Source of the DNA: Balamuthia mandrillaris
Lineage: Eukaryota
Length of the DNA stretch: 20,000 nucleotides
Assembly: GCA_031835245.2 (NCBI GenBank)
Contig: JAVKOQ020000077.1
Coordinates: 178,404 to 198,403 of the forward strand
Direction of reading: 5' to 3'
In this document: positions 1 to 11,942 of the stretch, piece by piece
Layout: every line of letters begins with the position of its first letter
How positions within the stretch are numbered: position 1 is the stretch's first letter
The notes under the pieces: generated by a model
Told to the model about the DNA's origin: nothing
The model's input: the letters and a program-made list of their open reading frames with translations, nothing else
The model's database searches: none
Position numbers and translations under genes: made by a program

Positions 1-511
1 TTTATTTGCTGTACCGCCTGCACGGTTTCATTCGCGACATCACCGTGATATGTTTATTTGTTTCCCCAATTTTTTTTGCTTTCAAGAAAGTATACGCAAG
101 CATGTTGCCGTTCGACAACTTTGACAAGAAAAATTCGTTCCGCCGTTCTCTCGCTGTGAAGAGCTGAGGGGTCAAATCCAACGAAAGTCCAAAAATGCAA
201 CTGTAGGATTTTCGCCTGATTGGCGGATAAATTTGAATTGCCCGAAGCACGTGGCATTCTTCTTTTCTATGATTTTAAGGTGGGTGCAGATTAAGGAGGT
301 GCCGCTATTGGCCCGCCAATTCAAAACATCTGCTCTCTATCTCGTGCGCGCCGGGCTCTGTCCGAGTGCCTTAACGGTTTTATTAAGTGCTGTCTGTGTT
401 TTTTAATTTTTTCACTCTTCATACTCTCTCTGCCAACATAAAGAGCGCTGAAAACGTTATAACAACAAACAACAAACACAACAAGACAAAGCAAACCTTT
501 CGCTCATAGCC

Positions 512-1303
512 ATGCACCGTCATCAGAGGCACCGCTACAGGCGACCCACTGCTCTTCAAAGCCTCAACGTGCTTGTGGACACGGAGCGAAAGAAGAAGGA
601 AAGGCTGGAATGGTACCTACAAGAAGTGCTCAAGGAACGTTCTTCCTTGCTCTGCGAATGCGGCGCGTTTTTCGGCGCTTACCAACCGCCTCAACCTCCG
701 CGGGTTTCTTCGTCTTTTTTTTGCACACCACGAACGAGCTCCACCTATCGCACCGCTCCTACCCTTACTCCCACCACAGCTTCTATTCCATTGACAGCTG
801 CCACCGCTGAACCTGTCAAAGAAACAAGTTATTTATGGCCTTCCTCAACCTCCACCTCCCTCCTAGCCCAAGTCCTTCCAACGACTGATGTTTCCTACGA
901 CTCACTTTGTGGCTCTCCTGACTACCACAAAAACGCAAACGAAAACCGAAACACTTTTTCCGTTTCACCACCACCACCAAAGCGAACGCAAGGTGAGCCA
1001 GACTGGAGTTTTCTGTGTTGGGAGGACGAAAATGAAGATGACGAAACAAACTACGACTTGATGGAGCCACTGCCAAAAGCAAAGTTCTTAGGGCGAAAAC
1101 GGAGCCTCGAAGGAAACGAGTCCGGTGCAGACGAGGAAGAAGAGGAAAACGAGCAAGAACGGAACCACTTTAGAAGAGGATGTGAGAGCCCGCCGACGGA
1201 GCGGCGGAGCAAACGCGAACGGCTGAACGTCAGCGACGACACGCGAAAAACCATGGTGAGGCCTCTGGAAGAGGATCAGATGGCCTCTCGCTTCCCCTTA
1301 TGA
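512..1303 (+). CDS. Hypothetical protein (263 aa), single exon; short N-terminal helical segment followed by S/T/P-rich and acidic/basic disordered regions
   Basis: ATG follows an A/C-rich 5' leader, the ORF is uninterrupted to TGA 1301-1303, and a T-rich 3' region follows. No recognisable domain. Confidence 0.65.
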   Translation: MHRHQRHRYRRPTALQSLNVLVDTERKKKERLEWYLQEVLKERSSLLCECGAFFGAYQPPQPPRVSSSFFCTPRTSSTYRTAPTLTPTTASIPLTAATAEPVKETSYLWPSSTSTSLLAQVLPTTDVSYDSLCGSPDYHKNANENRNTFSVSPPPPKRTQGEPDWSFLCWEDENEDDETNYDLMEPLPKAKFLGRKRSLEGNESGADEEEEENEQERNHFRRGCESPPTERRSKRERLNVSDDTRKTMVRPLEEDQMASRFPL

Positions 1304-1608
1304 CAATTAGTTGTGCTTGTCGTTCTTCTCACTAAAAATTTTGGTTTTGTTTTTATTCTTTTTATTCCATTTTTTTCAATTTTTTTTTAAAAGGTAATGA
1401 TTTCCATGTCGTCACGGATGATGGCAGCATAATTATAATATAATTAATTAATCCTTAATTTACTCAATAACCTGAACCAAATGATTGCCACGAGCCAAAC
1501 AAGATAAAACCCGCTTTAATTATCGATGGTTTTGGTAATCTCAAAGTCAAATAGGTTTTTTGTTCCGACCGCCGGTCTAACGGAGGGGGTTGAAGAAAGA
1601 GTCTGGGC

Positions 1609-3005
1609 ATGGCTGGGTTTCTGCGTCTTGCTTGTCCATGCGACCGTTTCTTGTTTTTGGTGTTGGGTGGTAACGCTCTTTCTTCTTTGCTCAAGTTCTC
1701 TGGGTTCTTTTTCGGTGCTCACACCACTTTCTGGTTGCCAACAACATTGACAGTATTGACAATAGTGAACGTTTTTGCTGGTGGAAGTAACTTAGAGTTG
1801 ACTTTGCTGCACACAGCCAACGTTCAGTCCAGAGTGCTAGCCATTGATGATCACTCTGGCAACTGTGAGCCATCTGAAAGCGAAAAATGTCTCGGCGGTG
1901 TGGCCAGGCGAGCAACCTTTATAGACCAAGTTCGAGCCGAGCGGACAAACGTTTTACTGTTAGACGCTGGAGGTCTTTTGCAAGGTATGCTCTCTTGCTT
2001 TTCCTTGTTTTTTTCTCTTGTCATGGCATCAATCTTTGTGTTGAAGTTCCTGCTTTGTTCATGCCATTGTTCGCCTGCTCCTGTCGTCACTTTTGTTTTC
2101 GTTCTGCTTTCTTCCTTCTGAACAGTCTTTCCTTATTGTGTTCAATCCGTTGTTTGCTTTTATTTGCAGGATCGCTGTTTTATCTGGAATACAAACACGA
2201 AGCTTTAAAACAGTACTATAACTGGATGGGTCAGTTATCATGGTCACCATATATGATATGGCTTTATATTCTTGTTTGTTTATATTTTGTTTGTTTCCGT
2301 TACAGGTTACGACGTGTTTAACCTGGGAACAAGAGAGTTTTTTGACCCACCAAACGTAGTTGGAGACTTTCTGGAAGGTTCCTCTTTTCAAGCTATCAGC
2401 TGCAATCTCAATGTCGAGGACGAACCGGCATTGAAAGGAAAGGTAATTCCTTTCCATTTGCTAAACTATACTGACGAAGGAGGAGGCCAAGTTATGGTCG
2501 GAGTTACGGGATTCGTGTCTGAGTTGTTGCCCTCCAAAGTGGCTAACATTGGAGGTATCAAAGTGGCGGATCCTATCAACTCGCTTCGAAGTGCTGTGGC
2601 TCAGATGCAGGACTTGGGAGGTACTCCATTTGTGCCTTTTTTGTGCTTCTCCGTTCTCGTTGCATCCTCACCTCTCCTCTATCTATCCATATCATACCTG
2701 TATATATAGTGAGATGCATTATAGCAGTGGTGGGTGACGCTACACTGGTAAAGGAGGTGGTGGACACAGTTCACGGTATTGACGTGTTAGGTAAGCTCTT
2801 AATCCTATTGCTTCTTGAAATGGGCTAATACAAAGCCATCACATGAAGTGAGTGATGCACAGGTACTGTATTCTAACAATGACGACGATTTGGAAACTTC
2901 TTATCCCGAGAGTCGCAAAGGACCATCTGGTACTGATGTTCCCATAGTAGCTTCTGGTATTCTAGGAACTCACATCGGAATGGTTCTTCATCCCTCCTCT
3001 GCTCT

Positions 3006-3042
<37 letters not shown>

Positions 3043-5521
3043 ATCAACTGAATGGTTTCACTGTGAGGTCAGTTGAACATCACGTTCTCCGAGCTGGGAG
3101 TCGTTTTGTCAGCAACAGGAGACAGCGTTGCATTAAACGTTACCACGGAGCCGCGAAGCGATTTCGTTAATGACATAGAAGCCAGATTGGTTGAGATAGA
3201 GCAAAGTTTCGACAGAGTGGTAGGACGAGCTACAGCAGAAATCGGTTACTCTCTTGAAGAATGCAGGACTTTGCAATGCGCTATGGGAACCTTTGGTGCT
3301 GATGCTTTGAGAGCGGCTGGTGGTACCCAGTTTGGTTTCATCAATGGAGGTTCTATTCGGTACTTATGATTCCATTTCTAATTTTCCTCTTGTTATTTTT
3401 GTTCTTCTTCTTCAAATTCTCCTTCATCATCATCATCATTCGTCTTCTTCTTCCTTCTTCTTTCTCTGCCTATCTCTCTCTCTCTCTCTCTCGCTATGTT
3501 TCTGTCTCGCTCGTCTAATGCAGTTACTCGTACTACTGCCATTGTAGAGCGCCGTTTCCAGCTGGTAACATCACTTTGGGGGATGTACTCAACGCGTTTC
3601 CATTTTCTTCGACGGATACGCTTTCGACCTTCCAACTGACAGGACTACAAATGGTTGAAATGTTGGAGAATGGCGTTTCACGAGCGGAAGACCTCACCAA
3701 CGAAGGCACTGGTCGGTTACTTCAGGTCAGCGGTTTCACCTATTCCTACAATCCAAACGAACCAGCTGGACGAAGGATAGTCTCCGTATCTATTCCTGGA
3801 GATTCGACTGCACAAAAGAGACAAGATGGTTCTGCGGGTAACCTCTTCTCTTCCTGTTGTCTCAACTTCCCTTCCCGTTCTATATCGCTGCGTCGTTTCG
3901 TTCTTGTCACTTTGTTCTTTCCTTTTTGCTTTATTTCTTTCTCTCTCTAAACCCTTTTGTTTGAAAAACACAAAAGCAACTTCCTATGTAAGCGTTGACC
4001 TCGATGCTGTGTACAGTTTCGCCACTGTATCTTTCATTCGCACGGGCGGTGACAACTTCACCGTTTTGGAAGACAACGCGCGAAACGTGGATGACTTTGG
4101 CCCTAGTATCGATCGAGTGATGTTGGACTATGTGGCCGCAAACTTTCCTTTGGTTCCCAACGAGGAAGAGAGAATATCTCTGTCCGATGGAACGCGAACT
4201 CTGTTTCCAGGTGCAGCAACGGTAGATGAAGACGAAGAGAGCACAGACGAGGCGTTGGTCATCGGCCTTTCGGTCTTGGCTGGAGTGACCGGCGTTCTTA
4301 TTCTGGTGGTGGTCGCTCTGGCCATCGCTTTCGTGTTTTATCGTGGGAAGAGACAGAGAACAGGAAAGACGAGGCTCAACTTGAAGGAACCAGAATACGA
4401 GCAACTTATCTACGCACAGTCGTCGTTCAAAGAGGAGGACTTGCGAGGCAACGCTTCTGGTGACGTTCAAGGTGTTGAGCTTGGGTCCATTCGAGCAGTG
4501 GCTTTGCAAAAGGTTTGTTTCGTTTGTTGCTTTTGTTTTGTGTTTTTTGCGTTATTGACTTTGTTGCTTGGTGATTGTAGTTTGTGATGGAGAAGGCGGG
4601 CCTTGAGGCACTGCTGAGCGTTGTAAACCAAAACGAGGTTTCCCTCCTGGCGGAGGCCCTTTGCTACATCTACACCACACACGCAAGAGGAGCTTTTCTT
4701 ACGTTTTACCTCCTTAATCGAGCAATACAAGACTCTCAAGGTTCATTCTTCATTCTTTCTCATGTGGTGTTCTTGATTTCTTCTGTTTTTGTTTTTGTTC
4801 TTGTTGTTCTTCTCACATGTTCTTGTTCTTGTTCTTCTTGTTCTTGTTCTTCTTCTTCTTCCCTTCTTGTTCTTCTTCTTCTTCTTCTTCTTCTTCGTTT
4901 CAGTGCTGCTTACGTCTCTTGCTTCTGTACGCAGAAGAAGGAGTTATATTAAGAGAGGACAGCATGGGCACAGCCTCCTTCAAAATCTTTGCAAGGCTAT
5001 GCGGCCTGCCCTACCTGTGGAAGACCTTTGCTCACATCTTGGCCGAGTTGGCCAGCCGTGACGAGGAGGAGGAGGAAGAAGATGGCGAAAACCTTCTCTC
5101 TTTGCACACCAAGGAGATGGAGGTCAATCCACAGCTGCTGGAGGAAGGATTGGACTTCAAAGGCGTAGAGTTAACACACAAGCTGCAGCTTCAGCTTGTT
5201 GTTCAGAAGATGTTTCTTCGCATCATGCGAACCAGTTCTGACTTTCCAGCGTAAGCTTCTTCTTTTTGAGGTTTCTTCGACCAAGCGTTCACATGTGCTA
5301 ACCCTTTGTTTTGTTACTAGGCCGCTAAGAGATATTTGTAGGGAGTTAAGGCGTGTTGTGGAACATGAATATGCAGACGGTTGGCGGCAAGTGGTTGGAA
5401 GTCTCATCTTTCTTCGTTTCCTCACTCCAGCGTTGATCCTTCCTCATCATTACGGCCTGCTTAATGGTTTGGCTATCTTCTGCCATCCACAGTTACACTT
5501 CTTTCTAACATTCCCTTTTCT

Positions 5522-5560
<39 letters not shown>

Positions 5561-6541
5561 TTCTCTCTGCCTCTTCTATCCTGGATGACGAACAGAAGCG
5601 CCATCTCCAACCATCCAACGGTTGTTGATCCTCATCTCCAAAGTGCTCCAAAACTTGAGCAACGGCGTTCACTTTGGTGAGAAGGAAGACTACATGGCCT
5701 CCATGAACGACTTCATAGACGCCAACGGGGAACGACTGGATAGCTTCCTCAGCGAGCTGACCAAACCGAAACTGTCCTCCTCATCCTCCGCCTCTTCTAT
5801 CTTCTCCTCTCCGTCCGCTAGGGCCATCGCCAACAGCACAGCGGAACCGCCTCGGCGTTCTTCCATCATTACTTCCTCTGCGCCGTCCGTTTTGAACAGT
5901 TCCACGAGCGGAAGCTCTCCCGAAGAGCTGGAGGCGGCCAAGTTGGTCCCAGAGACGGTCGCCAGCAACGCTCTCCTCTACTTGGATGAGTTTATCCAGC
6001 TTCACGCGATGAGCATCCTCACCCATCTGCAACAATCCTCGGAAACGGACAACACTGTACGCTTCTTTCCATGGCTTTACTTTTTTACTCTATACTCCTC
6101 TTCTCTCTCTCTCTCTCTCTCTCTCTGTCACTCACCCTCGACTGCTGGGCACAGGAATGTGTCGATTGTTTGTCGTTCTTGGTGGACCTAAGCCCACGCG
6201 ACATCAACGAACAACTGGCAAACGATAAAACTGTTACCAGCGGCGCGGCCACCATCCGGCGCTTCTTCGACCAGAACAGGCGAAAGAATAGAGTCTTCTC
6301 TTTCTCGAGCCCTGCCATGGATGCTGCGAACTCTGAGGACGATGAGGACGGGATCACCAAGGACAGCGACGATGAGGATCACGTTTTGAGCTCGAGCGAG
6401 GAGGAGGAGGAGCAAACGCAGCAGAAGGAACAACCGAAACCAAAGAAGGAAGGAAAGAAGGCCAAAAAAACACAAAAACAACAGAAGAGACAAAGTGTAT
6501 CCTTACTCAAGAGCCTGACCAACAACAAGCAAATAGTTTAA
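1609..6541 (+). CDS. Receptor-like protein: 5'-nucleotidase (CD73/UshA-like) ectodomain, transmembrane helix and cytoplasmic RasGAP domain; about 13 exons
   Basis: Phase-consistent GT-AG exons: 1609-1984, 2170-2229, 2306-2620, 2710-2790, 2849-2982, 3073-3359, 3548-3837, 3977-4512, 4581-4740, 4935-5250, 5321-5466, 5596-6056, 6155-6541. Nucleotidase motifs: CLGGVARRAT, LLLDAGG, FINGGSIR, LNAFPF, EMLENGV, GRLLQVSG, GGDNF. TM helix ALVIGLSVLAGVTGVLILVVVALAIAFVFY (~4252-4341). RasGAP motifs: LREDS (arginine-finger position), FLRFLTPALILP, ISKVLQNLSN..FGEKEDYM. The start codon and the exon-5 acceptor are less certain. Confidence 0.85.
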
Positions 6542-6710
6542 CAACCACTTTATCTCTTATCTTCGTTTTAGGGAACTAACTGAAATGGGCCAATTGAAAT
6601 TCAAACAATTCAACATGTACCAATAAAAAATCAAAAACCGACAGAAATTTGGTGGGTTGCACCAAGAACAGGAAGAAAGCCGAGTCGAGGAACAACACAC
6701 GGCCACCATC

Positions 6711-7429
6711 ATGGACGATCACCCCCTTTTAGCAGTCGACCACACCGCCAACCTTTTGCAAAGGTTATGAGGTTTGCTTGTCAACAAACAAAGCAAACAC
6801 GACCATGCCTGTTGAAAGAGGAAAAGCGACACGCCAAACCGATGAGAAACAGAAAAGACGGGAAGTAGCAGGTGAGGCCGCTTCTCTCTCTCTCTTTTTT
6901 TTTTCTTTCTCTTTCTCGTCTTTTCTTCTTTTTTTCTTCTGTTCTCTTCCTATTCTGGAGCTCGGCCGTTTATTGTTGTGTGGTTTTCTTTCTCTCCTCT
7001 CCTCCGAGCACTCCTCTTGCTCACTGCGGACTGATATGACTCAGATGAGAAGCAAAGCAACGAATTGCCTTCTACGCTATTTTGGTTTTCTCCCTGCTTG
7101 CTATTCTTATCCCTGTCGACGACGATGAGATGGAAACCCATCGTGAAGACCAAAGAAGAGGGCACGCCTGTTTTGGAAGCGCTTGGATGTGCAGAAACAG
7201 AACATGACCCCACCCCAGATTGGCGGTTGGGTGAAGGCAAGAAAGGACGCGACAAAGACCCTTACTGTGGGTCCTGGCAGCGACTGCGTGCCTTTTGGCT
7301 GAAACGCAAGGATAAACCAGAGCAAATTGGCATGCCTCCCCTTAAGGCCTGTCTACGAGCTGGCCTCTCTTTTCGCCGTGCCATGACACCACAGTGCGTG
7401 TTTCTTTCATATTTTTACTTCCGATCCAG

Positions 7430-7467
<38 letters not shown>

Positions 7468-8525
7468 GTTCCTTCTCGTTCCTCTTTTTCCGCTCTATTT
7501 CCATGCTAAAGGACTGAATCATAAAGGCTGAAGCTGCGTGTCTACCGGCATGTAAGATACGATTATACCTTTACTGGAGAAGAGGCAGTGGATTTCCTCT
7601 CGTGGAAGATGCAGCTTGACAGGGAGGAAGCACAACAAGTTGGCAACCTTTTGATGCGAGTGGGTATCTTTCGGCACATCAGCAACGAATGCCCATTATC
7701 AGACGATCGCGTGGAGTATTATTTCTTCACAAAAGCGCATCACCATTCCCTAGGCCCAGCTTCTAAAGTACCCAACCGATTGAATCCCATCGTTGGTCAT
7801 TTGGTGGTGGAACGTCTTCAAGTTTGTTCGTTGTTTCAGGACGGTGATGATTGCGACAAGGAACCCAAGTTCGTTCTTCAGTGTGACCACCAGGTTCGTG
7901 TATCTTCTCTCCTTATGTTGTCTATCCTCTGCTGCTTGACTAGGTTGGCCCTTTTCTTTGTGTTGTCATCTCTATCATCGTTTCTTCAGAGCAGATAGAT
8001 TGAACTGCGTGGAACTTAAATAACAGATGTTCAAGTCACAGTCCCTACCTGCACGGAGAGAGGATGATCAAGTGCACAGAACACCGCTGCACATGATGGT
8101 ATTTTGGTCAAATGCCATTTTGACGGTGAGGGTGGAGTGCACGACTCGCAGTTGCTTAGCTAAGATTCCTTTGAATGATTTGAAGGAAGGTGGAGAGTTA
8201 AACCAGGTCCGAGTCCCTATTCACTTATCGCAACACGGTTACGGTCCTTCTGCTTCCTCATTCCCCAAGCGAGAAGAGAAGAGAGAGGATATACGCAAGG
8301 TGTTGCTTTTGGAACTGCGGTACAAGTTTTTGTTGGGAACCACAGACTGTGGAATGGCTCTTCCGTCTCTTCCTTTTGATATCTATTCTCTCCAGGTTGA
8401 CGAAGACAAATACTTTGCACATTACAACCTCATGAAAACCATCGGCCATCGACCCAATCATCGATGCGGAACTAAAGACATTTTTTTGGTTGCGGATGAT
8501 AAACATGGTTTGTTTTGCCCGAAGA

Positions 8526-8570
<45 letters not shown>

Positions 8571-9437
8571 CCCTTCTCTCTCATTCTCTTGGCTCACCTG
8601 AAAAAAGAAACCGAAACAGCAGAAGCGACTGGAACGTTTTCATACGGCATGAACTACTTACAAAACGCACGGATAGAGCTGTTCGTGCAGGAAGATGTCT
8701 CAACGGAGGAGTGGAAACGGGTGGGCAGCGGCAAAACAAACAAATACGGCAAGGCCACCATCCCTGTGCTTCCCTCCGCTTCCTCCCTCCAACGACGAGC
8801 AGGCTACTACCCCATCCGTATGATGGTGGCTGGAGACCTCTCCGTAGCAGAAGGTGCCATTTGGGTGCTGCAACGCGGCACGCAGGCTGTTGTCTTTGAC
8901 ATCGATGGCACGCTGACCACCGGCAACATCCAGGTAGTTACTCAAACAAGTCTCAACATGCTACACCTCGACTTTGATCCAGCGCTTCGCTCTGGAGCGG
9001 TCCAGTTGGTGAGGGCATGGGCTGTGAAAGGGTACCTTCCTATTTATCTCAGCGGTCGTTCAGGTTCATTCTATCGGCACACAAGAAGCTGGTTGATAGA
9101 ACATGGCTTGCCTCCTGGTCTCATCGGTCAGACCAAAGGTCGTAAACCTACTCTTCCTCTTTGGTACTCTGTTGGTCGTTTCAAAAGGGACTACCTTCGA
9201 GACATGGAGAAGGATTACATGCTGAACATCGTGGCTCACTACGGCAACACGTTGACCGACATCAAAGCCAGCAAGGCATTGGGCATACCTGCGAGTAGGA
9301 CCTTTATTTGTGGAAAGACGGGAGGGAGAGAGGGCACCTTTGACGTTGGCAACGACTTCAACGAGCACGTCCACTATGTCATGACGCACATCCCAGATGC
9401 AGCTGTCCCTGCTCCTAACTTTTGGACGTTTTATTGA
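6711..9437 (+). CDS. DEP domain, C2-like domain and RdgB/Nir (PITPNM) C-terminal LNS2/HAD domain protein; multi-exon, 5' exons uncertain
   Basis: DEP: YDYTFTGEEAVDFLSWKMQLDREEAQQVGNLLMRVGIFRHI...YYFF (~7530-7730). C2-like beta strands ~7795-8330. RdgB/Nir-like: PNHR..D, GTFSYG, TNKYGK, GYYPIRMMVAGDLS, AVVFDIDGTL, GAVQLVRAWAVKGYLPIYLSGR, AHYGNTLTDI. Stop TGA 9435-9437. ATG 6711 is tentative. Confidence 0.75.
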
Positions 9438-9528
9438 AGTGTTTTAAAGCAAACAAACATGTGATATAGGACGCAAAAACAAAAGAGCTTACAAGAGTAA
9501 CCAAAGGGAACAAGAGCAGGGCTGCCTT

Positions 9529-10323
9529 TCAAACCAGTTTCTCTCCATCTTTGTCTTCTGCAAAGACATGTTTCGCTGCGTTTTGGTAATGTTGCAACTG
9601 GTCATGAAACACCACAAAGACGACATGCCTCAACGCTGACTCATGCCCATCGCCGCCGTTGGACCCTGCAACGTTTTCAAGCAACCAACGTTTAGTCTCA
9701 CCGAGAGCAATGACAGCCGCTTCATCGCGGGGAAACCCGTAGAACCCCGTGCCAAGAGCAGGAATGGCCAAGGAACGAATGGGATAGGACTTGCTCAGCT
9801 CCAACACCGATCGGTAGCACTTGCGAAGCAGGCCCTCCTGCGCCCGTTCCTGCTCGTCGAGGTAAGGTGCTACGGTGTGGATCACGAAGAACGAGGGGAG
9901 CTGGTAGGCATGGGTGATGACGGCCTCTCCTGGCATGCACAACCGCCGCAAGCTGGCACACTCTCTTTGGAGAAGAGGACCGGCAGCTCCGTGTATGGCC
10001 TCGTCCAAGCCACCACCCCCCAGCAGCCCTTCATTGGCAGCGTTAACCACGCAGTCTACTTCCAGCCCCGTGATGTCTCCCTCCCACAACACCACTTTGG
10101 CGGCGGTTCCAGCGATGGAGAAGCATTGGCTACTCCAACGACGTTTGCCCTCTTCATCGTTGTCGAGAATCTGGGCCAAGGTCTTCACTTTTTTCTTTCT
10201 GTAGTAGCCGCGACGCACGTTACGGTCCAAGGTGCAACCACGCATCACATCCTCTGGTTTGACCTCCCTGGCTAGCACCAGCTCACGTTGCTCCCTAATA
10301 TATGACGGTGGTTGCTCCATCAT
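9529..10323 (-). CDS. MacroD-type macrodomain protein (O-acetyl-ADP-ribose deacetylase / mono-ADP-ribosylhydrolase family)
   Basis: Intronless 264-aa ORF with GDIT, VNAANEGLLGGGGLDEAIH, GEAVIT, VIHTVAP and SLAIPALGTGFYGFP motifs. Confidence 0.92.
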   Translation of the reverse strand: MMEQPPSYIREQRELVLAREVKPEDVMRGCTLDRNVRRGYYRKKKVKTLAQILDNDEEGKRRWSSQCFSIAGTAAKVVLWEGDITGLEVDCVVNAANEGLLGGGGLDEAIHGAAGPLLQRECASLRRLCMPGEAVITHAYQLPSFFVIHTVAPYLDEQERAQEGLLRKCYRSVLELSKSYPIRSLAIPALGTGFYGFPRDEAAVIALGETKRWLLENVAGSNGGDGHESALRHVVFVVFHDQLQHYQNAAKHVFAEDKDGEKLV

Positions 10324-10457
10324 CTCCCTCAGACGATGTCGTTCTGCTGCGCTCTTCTTTGCCCTTCATGACGACGCAATGATATCGTGTCGTCCTGAAA
10401 AAGTAAAAAGACGTTTCTTTTTTTGTCGACAACAAACACCCCCACATAAATGACCCC
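10324..10457. promoter_or_regulatory. Probable compact bidirectional promoter between the macrodomain and AKR genes
   Basis: Only 134 bp separate the two divergent ATGs. Confidence 0.5.
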
Positions 10458-10991
10458 ATGGAGTACAGAGAGCTGGGAGAGAGTGGCTTGAAGGTTTCCG
10501 TGCTGACGCTGGGCTGTTGGCAGTTCTCTGGCTCGGGGGACACCAACTGGTACGAGTTTGGCTTTTGCACACTCCAAGAGAACTTTTTATTGAGCCATGT
10601 GGTTCTCCCACACTGTAGGGGCAGCGGTTACGACGAAGAAACGGCCATCAAAACCATCCAAGCAGCACTGGACCTTGGCGTCAACTCTTTTGATACGGCT
10701 GAAGGTCTGCTGCTCATTCGTCTTGTCCAACCATGTTTCAGCTGATAGGCATGTCCTTTCGATTGCAGGTTATGGTGCTGGCAATAGCGAGAGAGTTCTG
10801 TGCAAAGCGCTTGGCGATAGAAGGAAGGACGTCATCCTCTCCAGTAAGGTTGCCGAGACCCACCTCTCCCCCGAGGACCTCATCAAGTCCTGCAATGACA
10901 GCCTGGAGCGCTTGGGCACTGAGTATATCGACTATTATCAAATTCACTGTACGCGTTTCATAGCCCTTTTTGCCTTTCATACTCTTTTGCC

Positions 10992-11039
<48 letters not shown>

Positions 11040-11942
11040 CCAGACCTTCTGATAGAGTGTATAACAGGGCCGAACGATAAGGCGGACATGAAAGCCACCT
11101 TGGAAGCCCTCAAAACACTGCAGGAGCAAGGCAAGATCAGGCATTTTGGTGTGAGTAACCATGGTTTGTGCCTTGGCACCATGCTTTGCATTGATTCGTT
11201 AGGTCTTCTTGCTCTGAATTACTTGCTTTTCATTATTTGGTTTTAAAAGGACCTCAAGACCTGAAACGAGTTATGGAGCACAAGGATATCATCAAGTGTC
11301 AAGGCAACCAACTAGCTTACAATCTTCTTGCTCGTGGCATCGAATACGAGGTGCAGCCTGCCTGTCAGGAATACAACCTCTCCATCTTGTGTTACAGTCC
11401 TCTAATGCACGGTCTGCTTTGTGGCAAGTTCAAAAATGCCGGTAAGTAAGTGAGACATAGACGCGCCGGTGCGTACCCAAGTTGCTCACTAACTTGCATT
11501 CATTTACAGACGAGGTTCCTGAGGGACGAGCACGTACACGTCACTTTTCCTCTGATAGGAGGCTCACTCGCCACCGAGAACCAGGTTTTGAAAAAGAAAC
11601 CTTCCAGGTCTTTTTTACACGCTTCCCTATATTTTGTTAGCCTCTTACCTATTATTTCCTCTTCATTTATCATACAAGGCTATTGAAGAGATAGGAAAGA
11701 TCGCGGAGGAGTTGAACATGAGCATGGGAGACCTCGCTCTGGCCTGGCTCAAATATCAACCCTCTGTGTGCACCGTCATCGTTGGTGCACGAACCCCACA
11801 ACAGATTCAGGAGAACGTGAGGGGCATTACCACCCAGCTCTCACCAGAGATCCTTGCAAGATTGGATGATGCCACCCGTCCCCTCAAGGAGGCCATGGGC
11901 AGCAACATTGACCTTTGGGAGAGGGTCTCTCGTGCCAAATAA
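10458..11942 (+). CDS. Aldo-keto reductase, 7 exons
   Basis: Exons 10458-10549, 10619-10704, 10769-10948, 11068-11163, 11250-11441, 11510-11607, 11679-11942. Motifs: MEYRELGESGLKVSVLTLGCW, FDTAEGYG (catalytic D and Y), SSKV (K), SLERLGTEYIDYYQIHWP (H), GKIRHFGVSN, QLAYNLL, YSPL..GLL.GK, IVGARTPQQIQEN. Confidence 0.93.

Noticed and set aside
2..257. Short minus-strand ORFs at the window start
   Set aside because: No recognisable motifs; the region looks like intergenic or promoter sequence.
3011..11036. Recurrent (TC)n tracts and SLSLSL/ERERER ORFs
   Set aside because: These are ordinary intronic microsatellites, and the ORFs are read-through or antisense artefacts.
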